The notes under the pieces were generated by a model. The model did not search any database, was not told the DNA's origin, and saw nothing but the letters and a program-made list of their open reading frames with translations. From an uncultured Candidatus Saccharibacteria bacterium (GTDB taxonomy: Bacteria > Patescibacteriota > Minisyncoccia > Portnoybacterales > UBA2143): 64,000 bases of DNA. Shown here one piece after another: positions 9,533-19,236 of the stretch. A program made the translations under genes and the position numbers. Each line of letters starts with the position of its first letter. Position 1 is the stretch's first letter. The stretch spans positions 44,324-108,323 of the forward strand of contig CAZQLH010000002.1 of assembly GCA_964594155.1 (NCBI GenBank), read 5' to 3'.

Positions 9533-9814
9533 GTGTTGTATTTGCAAGAAATCAAAGAATCGCTTGAAAGAAAAATAAAAGGTTTTCAGAAGAGCTTAAA
9601 AGAAACTAATATTGATTCTTACTCTTCATACTATGAATTTTTTGCCAAGGAGGTGCCAAAGATAAAAAAAGAAGTTATCCAAAAGTGTAAAAAAGCGCTG
9701 GAAAAAATAGAAAACGGCACTTTTGGAATCTGCGAAAATTGCGGAAAAAAAATCCCGCCTGACCGTTTAAAAGCCGTTCCATCATTTGAACTTTGCTCGC
9801 CTAAATGCTCTTAA
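9533..9814 (+). CDS. TraR/DksA C4-type zinc finger protein
   Basis: ALEKIENGTFGICENCGKKIPPDRLKAVP..LC..C; AGGAGG upstream. Confidence 0.85.
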   Translation: MLYLQEIKESLERKIKGFQKSLKETNIDSYSSYYEFFAKEVPKIKKEVIQKCKKALEKIENGTFGICENCGKKIPPDRLKAVPSFELCSPKCS

Positions 9815-9827
9815 AAGGAGGAAAACA

Positions 9828-10073
9828 ATGGAATTACAGGCCAGAACAACTACAACGAACTCGGCAAAAGAAATTCTAAAAACCTTAAAAAGCGTCCAAG
9901 AGTACTTTGAAAGTAACGGCGGAACTCCAAAAAACATAAAAACAGCAGAAAAAGCTGTTAAAAAAGCATCTTTAGGACAATATGGCATTTGCGCTTGTGG
10001 ACATATTGCCACAAGCCAAGAAATCCACAACAGCCCTTTTTATTGTTCTAAATGTAAAAAAGCCTTTATTTAA
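9828..10073 (+). CDS. Second, divergent TraR/DksA-like zinc finger protein
   Basis: GQYGICACGH...YCSKC; AGGAGG before ATG 9828. Confidence 0.65.
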   Translation: MELQARTTTTNSAKEILKTLKSVQEYFESNGGTPKNIKTAEKAVKKASLGQYGICACGHIATSQEIHNSPFYCSKCKKAFI

Positions 10074-10152
10074 TGACCGGGTGGGCATGTGCTTCTCGAG
10101 AGCCCGCTCATTAAACAAGGGAAAAAGATACAGAAAGCCGTATCTAACCCTG

Positions 10153-10183
10153 AAGCCAGAGAGTAATCACTCTCTGGCTTTTT
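10153..10183 (+). terminator. Intrinsic terminator
   Basis: AAGCCAGAGAGT-AATC-ACTCTCTGGCTT followed by Ts, between convergent genes. Confidence 0.75.
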
Positions 10184-10194
10184 CATTTCCCTAT

Positions 10195-11754
10195 TTATTT
10201 AACGTCATCCGATGACGTTATTTTTGGCGTTACCCAAAATCCCATATACTTGCCTAACATTAAACGGGTCTGAGCTTCTAATCCTGGAATAGCTCCGAAA
10301 AACAAAATAGTAAAAGGCACTAAAATCCATTGAACAACCATTCCCAAGTGGCTGATTATTCCATGTTTTTTAGGTCTTTTTGGCAATAATAAGGTGCTGT
10401 AAATAGCCGAACCAACTAAGCCAATCATAGCTAAAGTCATTAAAGTTCGGGTAACCCGAGGCAGATTATATGATAAAAGGGTAACATTAAATTTTTCTCC
10501 GCCTAAAAACAAAGGCAGCCAGCCAAGAAGAAATATTAGAATAGCATTGGTTGCCCAAGACCAGAATCCTTCAAATTGAACCCAAGTCCAATGAAATTTC
10601 TTTTGCCATGCAATTTTCTTATTCTTTAAAAATCCAAAAGACAAAAAAGGAATATTCTCTGCTCCCCAACCCCAACGTCTTTGTTGTTTGTAAACATTGG
10701 CTGATGTTTGCCAGAAAGTCGGGGCTAAATTAGCATCCATTGAAACTGGATAATACAAAGGCATTACCTTGTAATCTCCATTATAAAAAAGCAAACATTG
10801 CCAGAAAATCCGCGAATCTTCAGAAACAATATTAGTTATCCAAAAGTCAACTTCATTCAAGGCTTTAAAGCTTAATGCTTGGGAAGAAAAAGTAGAAAGC
10901 CGTTCTGGTCGCTGTTGCTGAATCATCTGCCAAAAAGTGCCTGAAGTAGCCACTACCCGAGAAACACAAGGCGCTTGCCAAATATTGTTGTTATAAACTG
11001 GAACTGGCTGATAACTGGTCTGAGTCGGTTTTTCAGCTGTTAAATAATGATAAGTCAAGCAAGAAAAATATTTTGGAAAAACCTGAGTATCAATATCAAA
11101 ACAAGAAACAATAATATTTTCATAAGGAATTTTCTTAAAATCAATAATTTCTTTTTTAGCTTGTTTAGCCATCCAAGTAATATTAGACGCTTTGCCAGCT
11201 AACTCTCCTGCAATATCTTGAGGATGAGTAGTAATCATGAATTTATAAAATTGATCGCCAAACTCTTCTTTAATTTTTAGGGCTGTTTCCTGGGCTGTTT
11301 GCCCAGCTCTTTCTTCAGCTCCTAAAACAATAATCATTTTATCTTTAGGATAATCTGAATTAATAATCGCCTGAAATGTTTCTTTAGCTACTTCTAATGA
11401 TTCATTGTAAAAAGGAAGAATGACTAAATGATAAATATCCTGCCAGTCCTTGTTTTTAACTGATTTAACTTTCTCCATCCAGTCAATTTTCATCTGTCTT
11501 TTCATTTTAAGATAACTAAATCTTAAATGCACAGAAAGATAAACTGTTTTTAACAGCCAATAAACATCAAAAGCAATAATAAAAAAAGCAACCCAGATTG
11601 GCTGAAGCCAAGATAAAAAAATAACGCTTAATAGCGTTAGCCAAGATAAAGCTCCTGGCATAATTTCAAAAGCCCGATAAATCAATCTTTCTTTCGGGCT
11701 TTTTAAATCACTGGCTTTGCCTATTTTCAAATAATACTTTTCTGATGATAGCAT
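10195..11754 (-). CDS. Membrane GT2-family glycosyltransferase
   Basis: ILPFYNE, GKASN, FDID, SED and QQRRW motifs; several TM helices. Confidence 0.88.
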   Translation of the reverse strand: MLSSEKYYLKIGKASDLKSPKERLIYRAFEIMPGALSWLTLLSVIFLSWLQPIWVAFFIIAFDVYWLLKTVYLSVHLRFSYLKMKRQMKIDWMEKVKSVKNKDWQDIYHLVILPFYNESLEVAKETFQAIINSDYPKDKMIIVLGAEERAGQTAQETALKIKEEFGDQFYKFMITTHPQDIAGELAGKASNITWMAKQAKKEIIDFKKIPYENIIVSCFDIDTQVFPKYFSCLTYHYLTAEKPTQTSYQPVPVYNNNIWQAPCVSRVVATSGTFWQMIQQQRPERLSTFSSQALSFKALNEVDFWITNIVSEDSRIFWQCLLFYNGDYKVMPLYYPVSMDANLAPTFWQTSANVYKQQRRWGWGAENIPFLSFGFLKNKKIAWQKKFHWTWVQFEGFWSWATNAILIFLLGWLPLFLGGEKFNVTLLSYNLPRVTRTLMTLAMIGLVGSAIYSTLLLPKRPKKHGIISHLGMVVQWILVPFTILFFGAIPGLEAQTRLMLGKYMGFWVTPKITSSDDVK

Positions 11755-11756
11755 AT

Positions 11757-12470
11757 TTAATCAAAAGGAATAACTTTTGCTTTTCCTTTAGCTAAATTAT
11801 CAAAAATTAAATCAGTAGTAATGTTATTTAAACTATTTTTAATTTCTTGGCTAAACTTATCTTTTGCCTGATATTCAATATTTGTTAATAAATTTAATAT
11901 TTTACCAATATCATTTTGGACTGGAATCAATCCTATTTCAAAACCTATCTTATAGCTCCCTTGTTTTTCAATCTTATCAATTTCCCAAACTATTCGCTTG
12001 CTCATTTGTCCAAAATTAAGCTTTCCAGCTAAAACAGTTTTATTGCCAGTCCAAATTACATTATCTGGCAATTGAGCAGTCATAACAAAATTCTCTAAAT
12101 CTTTATTAAAATTCCCTATTTCCCAAAAAACCCAATAATTTGTCCGAATATCTACTATTGGCGGCAAAGGACCAATACCTAATTGATCGCCTTGAGGACT
12201 ATAATAATATCCAGCTGATTTTACATCCAAAATGATTTTTTTATTAACTGCCACTGGCTGGGAATCTGAATCATCTTTTGAATCTTTATCAGTCTTACCT
12301 TTATTAAATAAAATAATTTCATTAATATTACCAGAAAGAAGAGTAATTTCTTCGCTTAATTCCCAATAACGAACTGAAACCAAAATATTAATAAAAAACA
12401 AAATCACTATTGTTAAAATAATAGCCCAAACAGTATAATCTATTTTTTTATAAAATGGTTGTTTATTCAT
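11757..12470 (-). CDS. Membrane-anchored hypothetical protein
   Basis: N-terminal TM helix; GPLPP..YWVFW beta-rich domain. Confidence 0.6.
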   Translation of the reverse strand: MNKQPFYKKIDYTVWAIILTIVILFFINILVSVRYWELSEEITLLSGNINEIILFNKGKTDKDSKDDSDSQPVAVNKKIILDVKSAGYYYSPQGDQLGIGPLPPIVDIRTNYWVFWEIGNFNKDLENFVMTAQLPDNVIWTGNKTVLAGKLNFGQMSKRIVWEIDKIEKQGSYKIGFEIGLIPVQNDIGKILNLLTNIEYQAKDKFSQEIKNSLNNITTDLIFDNLAKGKAKVIPFD

Positions 12471-14473
12471 AAATTATTTGTCCCAACTAAAATTTCATCC
12501 AAACCATCTCCAGTAATATCGCCAGATGATACTATAATACCATTTCTGTCATTTTCATTATAGGCCATAAATTCACTTAGAATCTGATTATCTTGGGAAA
12601 ACACTTTAATATGAGGCCCGCCGCTTGGCCCAGCCCCAGTAATTATTTCCATAATTCCATCGTTATTAACATCGCCTACTGCTACATCAACTCCGCCTCT
12701 GAATCTTTCATCATAAGCCATAAACTCGTTTAATAATTGGCCATTATATGAAAAAATCTTGACATGAGGCCCGCCAGTAAATCCTGCGCCAGTAACTATT
12801 TCTTCAAATCCATCTTTATTAACATCGCCTACTGCTACATCAACTCCGCCTCTGAATCTCTGATCATAAGCCATAAACTCGTTTAATAATTGGCCGTCTT
12901 GAGAAAATATTTTAATATGCGGTCCGCCTCCAAAACCAGCTCCAGTTACTATTTCATTAATACCATTGTTATTCACATCGCCTACTGCAAAAGATATGCT
13001 GCCAGAGAAATTATACGGGACAAAGGAATTTACATCTCCGTTATTCTGATGAATAGAAATTACACCATTACCATTAACTAATGTTTCATCATTATTATCA
13101 TTGTCAAGATCAGTTATTAAAATCTGGGTATTCCCTGAAAAATTATCTTGATAAGTAAAAAATCCATTTCTAGTTTGATTGCCTTGTTGATTAAAAATCC
13201 GAATAAAACTTCCGTTATTAAAACTAGTATTTCTTATCTCTTTATTTATTTTCAATAAAACAACTCCGTCTTTTGGCTTTAAATTAACCAAGTTAACTTT
13301 AGCTCCGTGATTAATTCTACGATCTTGCGTTCCATTAATCGCTTCAAATTCTTCTTGGTCAAAAACATAAACTTGATTTTGATCAGTTGAATTAACTAAA
13401 GTAATGCCGTTCTCAAAATCACGTCGCCATAAACCTGATTTAATTTCCTTGTTTCCCTGATCAAGCAGATTATATGAAAATGATTCAGCTCGGCCTAAAT
13501 TTTCATCATATTCATCATACCACCAAGTTTGACTATGGGTTTGGTCGCCAGAATCAAACGAGAAATAACCGTCTCCTAAAAGAGTATTTGTCAAACCAAA
13601 GCGCATTTCACGATAATTATCCATCTCCCAAGTATTATCAACATTAGAATTGATAATATAAATTTGGGGCAATTGATTTTTATCAGGTAAATTTTTTAAG
13701 TACGAATTCATTAAAAGAAACCATCCTTTTTCGCCCAGCCATTCAGCTGGAAAATTTTCCATCATTATTCCATTAAGATTTTCTTCATAATTATCCGGAT
13801 AATTAAGATTAGCTACTAATGGCTTATTAATCCTCGCTTTGGTTTTTTGCAATAAATCATTAGTTTGTGAATGCCAATAATTATCAATGGCTTCTGAACT
13901 GTCTATCTGTCCATCTTGATCTATATCAATATCTCCATTATTCAGCCAATATAAATTAGCAAAGACCATATCATAAAAAATGCCATCCCAGATATCTCGA
14001 CTAGCCACATCATTAACTACTAAATCTGAAATATATTCATTCCAGTCCTTAACTGGATTAACAAATTTAAGAAAAGGCCAGGTTTCTGAAAAACCAATCA
14101 TTTGGCCATTGCTATCTCTAAGCCACCAATTATTGAAATTAATCTTATTATAGATCATCTTGCGGAAACGAGCCCAATCATCAAGGTCTCTTATATTAAT
14201 GCTCTGACTGGGAAGATAAGCTAAAAACTGAATATCTTTATTTTTATCCTCAATATCAGAAAACATATCTGGATTAATTGTTTGAGTATCAACATCTAAG
14301 ATTAACAAATCATACTTAGCTAAATCATCATAATGATCTTTAGGAACTAAAGGTTGAAGATAGTAATTAGCTATCCGCGGATAAGTTTCCTTAATTTCAA
14401 AAGCGCTTGCTGAAAAACTAAAAGCCCATCCCAAGGACAATAATAAAAAGATTACTAACCATTTATATTTCAT
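12467..14473 (-). CDS. Secreted putative glycoside hydrolase with C-terminal FG-GAP-like repeats
   Basis: Signal peptide; WDGIFYD, GIMMENF, WYDEYD, WRRDFENG; repeated VAVGDVNxDG..EIxTGAGxxGGPH units. Confidence 0.7.
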   Translation of the reverse strand: MKYKWLVIFLLLSLGWAFSFSASAFEIKETYPRIANYYLQPLVPKDHYDDLAKYDLLILDVDTQTINPDMFSDIEDKNKDIQFLAYLPSQSINIRDLDDWARFRKMIYNKINFNNWWLRDSNGQMIGFSETWPFLKFVNPVKDWNEYISDLVVNDVASRDIWDGIFYDMVFANLYWLNNGDIDIDQDGQIDSSEAIDNYWHSQTNDLLQKTKARINKPLVANLNYPDNYEENLNGIMMENFPAEWLGEKGWFLLMNSYLKNLPDKNQLPQIYIINSNVDNTWEMDNYREMRFGLTNTLLGDGYFSFDSGDQTHSQTWWYDEYDENLGRAESFSYNLLDQGNKEIKSGLWRRDFENGITLVNSTDQNQVYVFDQEEFEAINGTQDRRINHGAKVNLVNLKPKDGVVLLKINKEIRNTSFNNGSFIRIFNQQGNQTRNGFFTYQDNFSGNTQILITDLDNDNNDETLVNGNGVISIHQNNGDVNSFVPYNFSGSISFAVGDVNNNGINEIVTGAGFGGGPHIKIFSQDGQLLNEFMAYDQRFRGGVDVAVGDVNKDGFEEIVTGAGFTGGPHVKIFSYNGQLLNEFMAYDERFRGGVDVAVGDVNNDGIMEIITGAGPSGGPHIKVFSQDNQILSEFMAYNENDRNGIIVSSGDITGDGLDEILVGTNNL
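12663..12895. repeat. Intragenic direct repeat, 153-bp period (FG-GAP units)
   Basis: 12663-12742 is nearly identical to 12816-12895. Confidence 0.85.
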
Positions 14474-14518
14474 TTAATAAAGAAAAAGTAGCACAAATGT
14501 GCTACTTTGTCAATTTAG

Positions 14519-14590
14519 CAGCCCCAAGGGGAATCGAACCCCTGTTACCAGGATGAAAACCTGGCGTCCTAACCACTAGACGATGGGGCC
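14519..14590 (-). tRNA. tRNA-Glu(TTC)
   Basis: Reverse complement: GGCCCCA/TGGGGCT, CCAGG-TTTTCAT-CCTGG. Confidence 0.95.
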
Positions 14591-14634
14591 GTCTATTGTC
14601 ACATCATACAACTTAAGCTATTATTTGTAAAGAT

Positions 14635-15654
14635 ATGACTATTTTAGGAATTGAAACATCTTGTGATGATACTGGAATTGCTTTGGTAGAATGCGACAAA
14701 AAAAATTGTCGTATTTTATCTAATGTAGTTTCTTCTCAAATAAAGATGCATGCTCCATATGGCGGAGTTGTGCCTAATTTGGCTGCCCGAGCGCACTTAG
14801 AAAACATTAAACCCTGCCTTGAACAAGCTTTAAAAAAAGCTAAATATCCTAAAATTGATTTAATTGCTGTAACCAACGGACCTGGCTTAATTCCCTGTCT
14901 TTTAGTAGGAGTTAATTTTGCCAAAGCCCTAGCATATAATTGGCAAAAACCGATTATAGGGATTAATCATATTGAAGGACATATATACGCTAATAATCTT
15001 AAAAAGTTTCCTGTTCTTTGCTTAATTGTTTCTGGCGGGCATACCCAATTAATTCTTATGAAAGATCATGGAAAATATGAATTACTTGGACAAACAAGAG
15101 ATGATGCAGCTGGCGAGGCATTTGACAAAGTGGCTAAATTATTAGGCCTTGGTTATCCAGGCGGCCCAATTATTTCTGAAAAAGCTGATAATGGAAATCC
15201 GCAAACATTTGATTTGCCTCGGCCAATGATAAATACAAAAGATTTTGATTTTTCTTTTTCTGGATTAAAAACTGCTGTGCTCTACGAAGTTTACCCCGCC
15301 AGGCGGGGTAAAAAAGAAAAGAAATTTTCTAAAGAATATATTAATAATATAACTGCTTCATTCCAACAAGCAGTAATTGATGTTTTAATTAATAAGACAA
15401 TTAAAGCTGCAAAAAAACATAACCCAAAAACAGCTATTCTGTCTGGCGGCGTAGCAGCTAATCAAGAATTAAGAAAACAACTGAAAGAAAAAATTAAAAA
15501 AGAATTGCCTCAAATTAATTTCCAAACTCCAGATATTAATTTATGCGCTGACAATGGAGCAATGATCGCCATAGCTGCTTGTTATAAGAAAAAGCCAGCT
15601 TCTAAACAAAGCTGGCTTAAGGTTGACGCAAATGCAAATTTGAAAATTAATTGA
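14635..15654 (+). CDS. tsaD: tRNA N6-adenosine threonylcarbamoyltransferase
   Basis: ILGIETSCDDT, HIEGH, SGGHT, DDAAGEAFDK, DNGAMIA. Confidence 0.97.
   Translation: MTILGIETSCDDTGIALVECDKKNCRILSNVVSSQIKMHAPYGGVVPNLAARAHLENIKPCLEQALKKAKYPKIDLIAVTNGPGLIPCLLVGVNFAKALAYNWQKPIIGINHIEGHIYANNLKKFPVLCLIVSGGHTQLILMKDHGKYELLGQTRDDAAGEAFDKVAKLLGLGYPGGPIISEKADNGNPQTFDLPRPMINTKDFDFSFSGLKTAVLYEVYPARRGKKEKKFSKEYINNITASFQQAVIDVLINKTIKAAKKHNPKTAILSGGVAANQELRKQLKEKIKKELPQINFQTPDINLCADNGAMIAIAACYKKKPASKQSWLKVDANANLKIN
15290..15312. repeat. GC-rich palindrome in frame inside tsaD
   Basis: TTTACCCCGCC-A-GGCGGGGTAAA encoding VYPARRGK. Confidence 0.7.
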
Positions 15655-15686
15655 TTAAAACAATAATTTAAGATATATTAAATACA

Positions 15687-17840
15687 ATGAAAGAATTATC
15701 CAAAGCATACAATCCAAAAGAAAATGAAAAAAAGATTTACCAAAAATGGGAAAAATCTGGTTTTTTTAATCCTGATAAATTAAAAATAAAAAAGAATAGC
15801 AAGCCATATACCATTACTATTCCTCCTCCTAATGTAACTGGCGAACTACATATGGGCCATGCTATGAACGCTTTTATTCAAGACGCTTTAATTCGCTGGA
15901 AAAGAATGCAAGGGTATAGAACTCTATGGCTGCCTGGAACTGACCACGCTGGCATTGCTACTCAAAATGTAGTGGAAAAAGAATTAAAGAAAAAAGGATT
16001 AACTCGCCATAAGCTTGGCAAAGAAAAACTTCTTAAAGAAATCTGGACCTGGAAAGACAAATACGGCAATTTGATTTTAGAACAATTAAAAAGATTAGGA
16101 TGTTCATGCGATTGGTCTCGAACAGCTTTTACTATGGATCCTGATTACCAAGAAGCAGTTAAATCCGCTTTTCTCCATTTCTATAACAAAGGATGGATTT
16201 ACCAAGGTAAAAGAGTAATTAATTGGTGTCCGCGTTGTCAAACAAGCTTATCTGATTTGGAATTAGAATACAAAGAAGAAAAAAGTCATTTATGGTATAT
16301 TAAATACCCTTTAGTTAAGCCAGTTGGAACAAAAAAACATATTACTGTTGCTACAACCCGACCAGAAACAATGCTTGGCGATACAGCAGTAGCAGTTCAT
16401 CCTAATGACAAAAGATACAAAAAGCTAATTGGGCAAAAAGCAATCTTGCCATTAATTAATAGAGAAATCCCTATTATTGCTGATCCAATTCTTGATCCTG
16501 AATTCGGCACTGGCGCATTAAAAGTAACTCCAGCCCATTCCATAATTGACGCGGAAATTGCTCAAAGGCATAACTTGCCAGCAATTCAAGTTATTAATGA
16601 CAAAGGACGAATGACTAAAAGAGCTGGTCATAAATTTGCCAGCTTAACTGTCTTAGACGCTCGTAAAAAAGTTATTAAAGAATTAGAAAAAGAAAAATTA
16701 TTAGAAAAAACAAAAGATTATACTCATCAAATTCCTCGCTGTTATCGCTGTAATTCAGCTATTGAACCGTTAATCAGCCCGCAATGGTTTTTAAAAATGG
16801 ACAATCTTGCCAATCAAGCAATTAAAGCGGTTAAAAGCAATAAAGTTAAATTTCATCCTAAGCGATGGGAAAAAGTATATTTTGACTGGCTGAAAAATAT
16901 TAAAGATTGGTGTATTTCCCGCCAGATTTGGTGGGGACATCAATTGCCTATTTGGCAATGCCAGAATAAAAAAACAGAATACTTTGCTGCGGATAAAAAA
17001 CCAAAAAAATGCTCTGCTTGCAATAAATGCAAGCCAGAACAAATTAAAGATGTTTTAGATACTTGGTTTTCTTCAGCTTTATGGCCTTTTGCCACTTTAG
17101 GCTGGCCCAAGCAAACTAAAGATATAAAAGAATTTTATCCAACTGACACCTTAAGCACGGCCCGCGATATTATTAACCTCTGGGTTGCAAGAATGGTTTT
17201 TTCCAGCGCAGAACTAATTAAAAAAATACCTTTTCAAGATGTTGTTATTCACGCCACTATTTTTGCCAAAGACGGCCAAAGAATGAGCAAGTCATTAGGC
17301 ACTGGCATTGATCCTTTAGATTTAGTTAATGAATACGGTGCTGACGCTACTCGCTTTGGCATGCTTTATCAAGCCCTAACCAATCAAGATATTCTTTTTT
17401 CTGAAGAAAATATTTTAATGGGGAAAAAATTTGCTAATAAAATATGGAATGCAAGCAGGTTTGCTCTAATGCAAGTTGATAAAGAAAAAATTGAAATTCC
17501 TGATAAACCTAATTGGAAAAAAACCACTAAAGCTGATAAAGAAATTCTTAAACAATTAAACGCTGCTATAAAAAAAACAAATTCTTGTTTAAAAACATTC
17601 CAATTCGGCAAAGCTGCTCATTTGCTCTATGATTTTTTCTGGCATGATTTCTGTGATAAATACATTGAATCAGCTAAAAAACAAAACAACGCGCAAACCA
17701 AGCAAATTTTAGCTTATGTTCTCTTGAATTCCTTAAAACTGCTTCATCCTTTTATGCCATTTGTCACAGAATCAATTTACCAACAACTTCCTTTTAAAGA
17801 AAAAGAGTTTTTAATGATTGAAAATTGGCCTAAAACCTAA
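15687..17840 (+). CDS. valS: Valine--tRNA ligase (short form without C-terminal coiled coil)
   Basis: PPPNVTG.LHMGH, DWCISRQIWWGH, RMSKS. Confidence 0.97.
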   Translation: MKELSKAYNPKENEKKIYQKWEKSGFFNPDKLKIKKNSKPYTITIPPPNVTGELHMGHAMNAFIQDALIRWKRMQGYRTLWLPGTDHAGIATQNVVEKELKKKGLTRHKLGKEKLLKEIWTWKDKYGNLILEQLKRLGCSCDWSRTAFTMDPDYQEAVKSAFLHFYNKGWIYQGKRVINWCPRCQTSLSDLELEYKEEKSHLWYIKYPLVKPVGTKKHITVATTRPETMLGDTAVAVHPNDKRYKKLIGQKAILPLINREIPIIADPILDPEFGTGALKVTPAHSIIDAEIAQRHNLPAIQVINDKGRMTKRAGHKFASLTVLDARKKVIKELEKEKLLEKTKDYTHQIPRCYRCNSAIEPLISPQWFLKMDNLANQAIKAVKSNKVKFHPKRWEKVYFDWLKNIKDWCISRQIWWGHQLPIWQCQNKKTEYFAADKKPKKCSACNKCKPEQIKDVLDTWFSSALWPFATLGWPKQTKDIKEFYPTDTLSTARDIINLWVARMVFSSAELIKKIPFQDVVIHATIFAKDGQRMSKSLGTGIDPLDLVNEYGADATRFGMLYQALTNQDILFSEENILMGKKFANKIWNASRFALMQVDKEKIEIPDKPNWKKTTKADKEILKQLNAAIKKTNSCLKTFQFGKAAHLLYDFFWHDFCDKYIESAKKQNNAQTKQILAYVLLNSLKLLHPFMPFVTESIYQQLPFKEKEFLMIENWPKT

Positions 17841-17861
17841 GGTCCGACCTTGAACAACCAT

Positions 17862-18623
17862 ATGCAATACCTTTTTTATATCCTACTCGGGCTTTTGCCC
17901 AGTTTAATCTGGCTGTCTTTTTATCTAAAAAAAGACAAGCTTCCTGAATCAAATTCAATAGTTTTAAGAATTTTTATATGGGGAATGTTTTTAGCTCCTC
18001 TGGCTATTATTCTTGAACTGATTTTAATCTGGCTGCTTAATCCCGGTTCTAATCCCTTAGACCTTTTATCTCAAACATACCAAGCCAGTTTTATTAAAAT
18101 TATTTTGGCTGCAACTCTAATTCCAGCCTTGGTTGAAGAATATTTAAAATATTCTATTATTAGACACAGATTTCTCAGAAAGCCGGAATTTGACGAGCCA
18201 GTTGACGCTATGCTATATTGTATTATAGCTGGCCTGGGCTTTGCTGCTGTGGAAAACCTGCTTATTCTTTTTAAAATTTCTTTTCCAGACCTTGAAAGAG
18301 CTTTTACCACAATTGGTTTCCGTTTTTTAGGAGCAACCCTGATTCATGCCTTAGCTTCAGGAATAGTTGGATACTATCTGGCTCAAGGACTGCTTCATGT
18401 TAAAAAAAGAAAAAAGCTTATTCTGACTGGTCTAACTATTGCTATTATTTTCCATAGCTGCTATAATTACCTTATCATTGCTGCGCTTAATCAAGAAACC
18501 TATAATCAAAAATTACTCCTTATCTCTATTATTGCCGTTCTCCTGATTTCAGCAATGTCCCTTGTTTCATATTATTTTAAAAAACTAAAAAAGCAGCAAT
18601 CTATTTGTCAAACTTATGACTAA
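17862..18623 (+). CDS. PrsW-family intramembrane metalloprotease
   Basis: EEYLK, FDEPVD, GFAAVEN, HA and HS.YN motifs. Confidence 0.9.
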   Translation: MQYLFYILLGLLPSLIWLSFYLKKDKLPESNSIVLRIFIWGMFLAPLAIILELILIWLLNPGSNPLDLLSQTYQASFIKIILAATLIPALVEEYLKYSIIRHRFLRKPEFDEPVDAMLYCIIAGLGFAAVENLLILFKISFPDLERAFTTIGFRFLGATLIHALASGIVGYYLAQGLLHVKKRKKLILTGLTIAIIFHSCYNYLIIAALNQETYNQKLLLISIIAVLLISAMSLVSYYFKKLKKQQSICQTYD

Positions 18624-19164
18624 AAAATCATCATTTTTTGAAAAACTAACTGGCGCTAATTGGTCAGATGAAGATACAAAAAAAAGAAATCTTGTTTCTT
18701 CTGAAAAAAAAGTAAAACCTAAAAAAACTAAAACCAAAGGAAAGTTAAAGGCTATGAAAAAAAGCTACATCAAAGGAAAAAAATCTCCTCGGGCTAAAAA
18801 AGAGAAAGAAACTGAAGAATGGCTAGGCGAATCAGAAGGCCAATTAACCATTGACGTCTATCAAACTCCTAATGAAATAGTCATCAAATCCACTATTGCT
18901 GGAGTAAAACCAGAAGATATTGATATTACCATGACTAATGATATGATCACTATTAAAGGAACCAGGGAAAAAGACGAAGATGTTAAAGAAGAGGACTATT
19001 ATTACCAGGAATGTTACTGGGGACCTTTTTCTCGCTCAATTATCCTGCCAGTTGATGTTGAGGTTGACAATTCTGACGCAGCTATGAAAAACGGTATTCT
19101 AACAATTAAACTGCCTAAGATTGAAAAGATAAAGACTAAAAAAATAAGAATTAAAAGTGAATAA
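18616..19164 (+). CDS. Hsp20/alpha-crystallin family protein
   Basis: IDVYQT, GPFSRSIILP, NGILTIKLPK. Confidence 0.92.
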   Translation: MTKKSSFFEKLTGANWSDEDTKKRNLVSSEKKVKPKKTKTKGKLKAMKKSYIKGKKSPRAKKEKETEEWLGESEGQLTIDVYQTPNEIVIKSTIAGVKPEDIDITMTNDMITIKGTREKDEDVKEEDYYYQECYWGPFSRSIILPVDVEVDNSDAAMKNGILTIKLPKIEKIKTKKIRIKSE

Positions 19165-19181
19165 ATAAAATTAATAGAAAT

Positions 19182-19212
19182 AAAAAGAGGCGCATAGACT
19201 GCGCCTCTTTTT
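19182..19212. terminator. Intrinsic terminator
   Basis: AAAAAGAGGCGCA-TAGAC-TGCGCCTCTTTTT. Confidence 0.75.
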
Positions 19213-19236
19213 CGTTTTGTGGTATAATTATAAATA

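Noticed and set aside
12663-12895. Near-identical repeat pair as a DGR template/variable repeat
   Set aside because: In-frame 153-bp period matches FG-GAP protein repeats; no reverse transcriptase in the window
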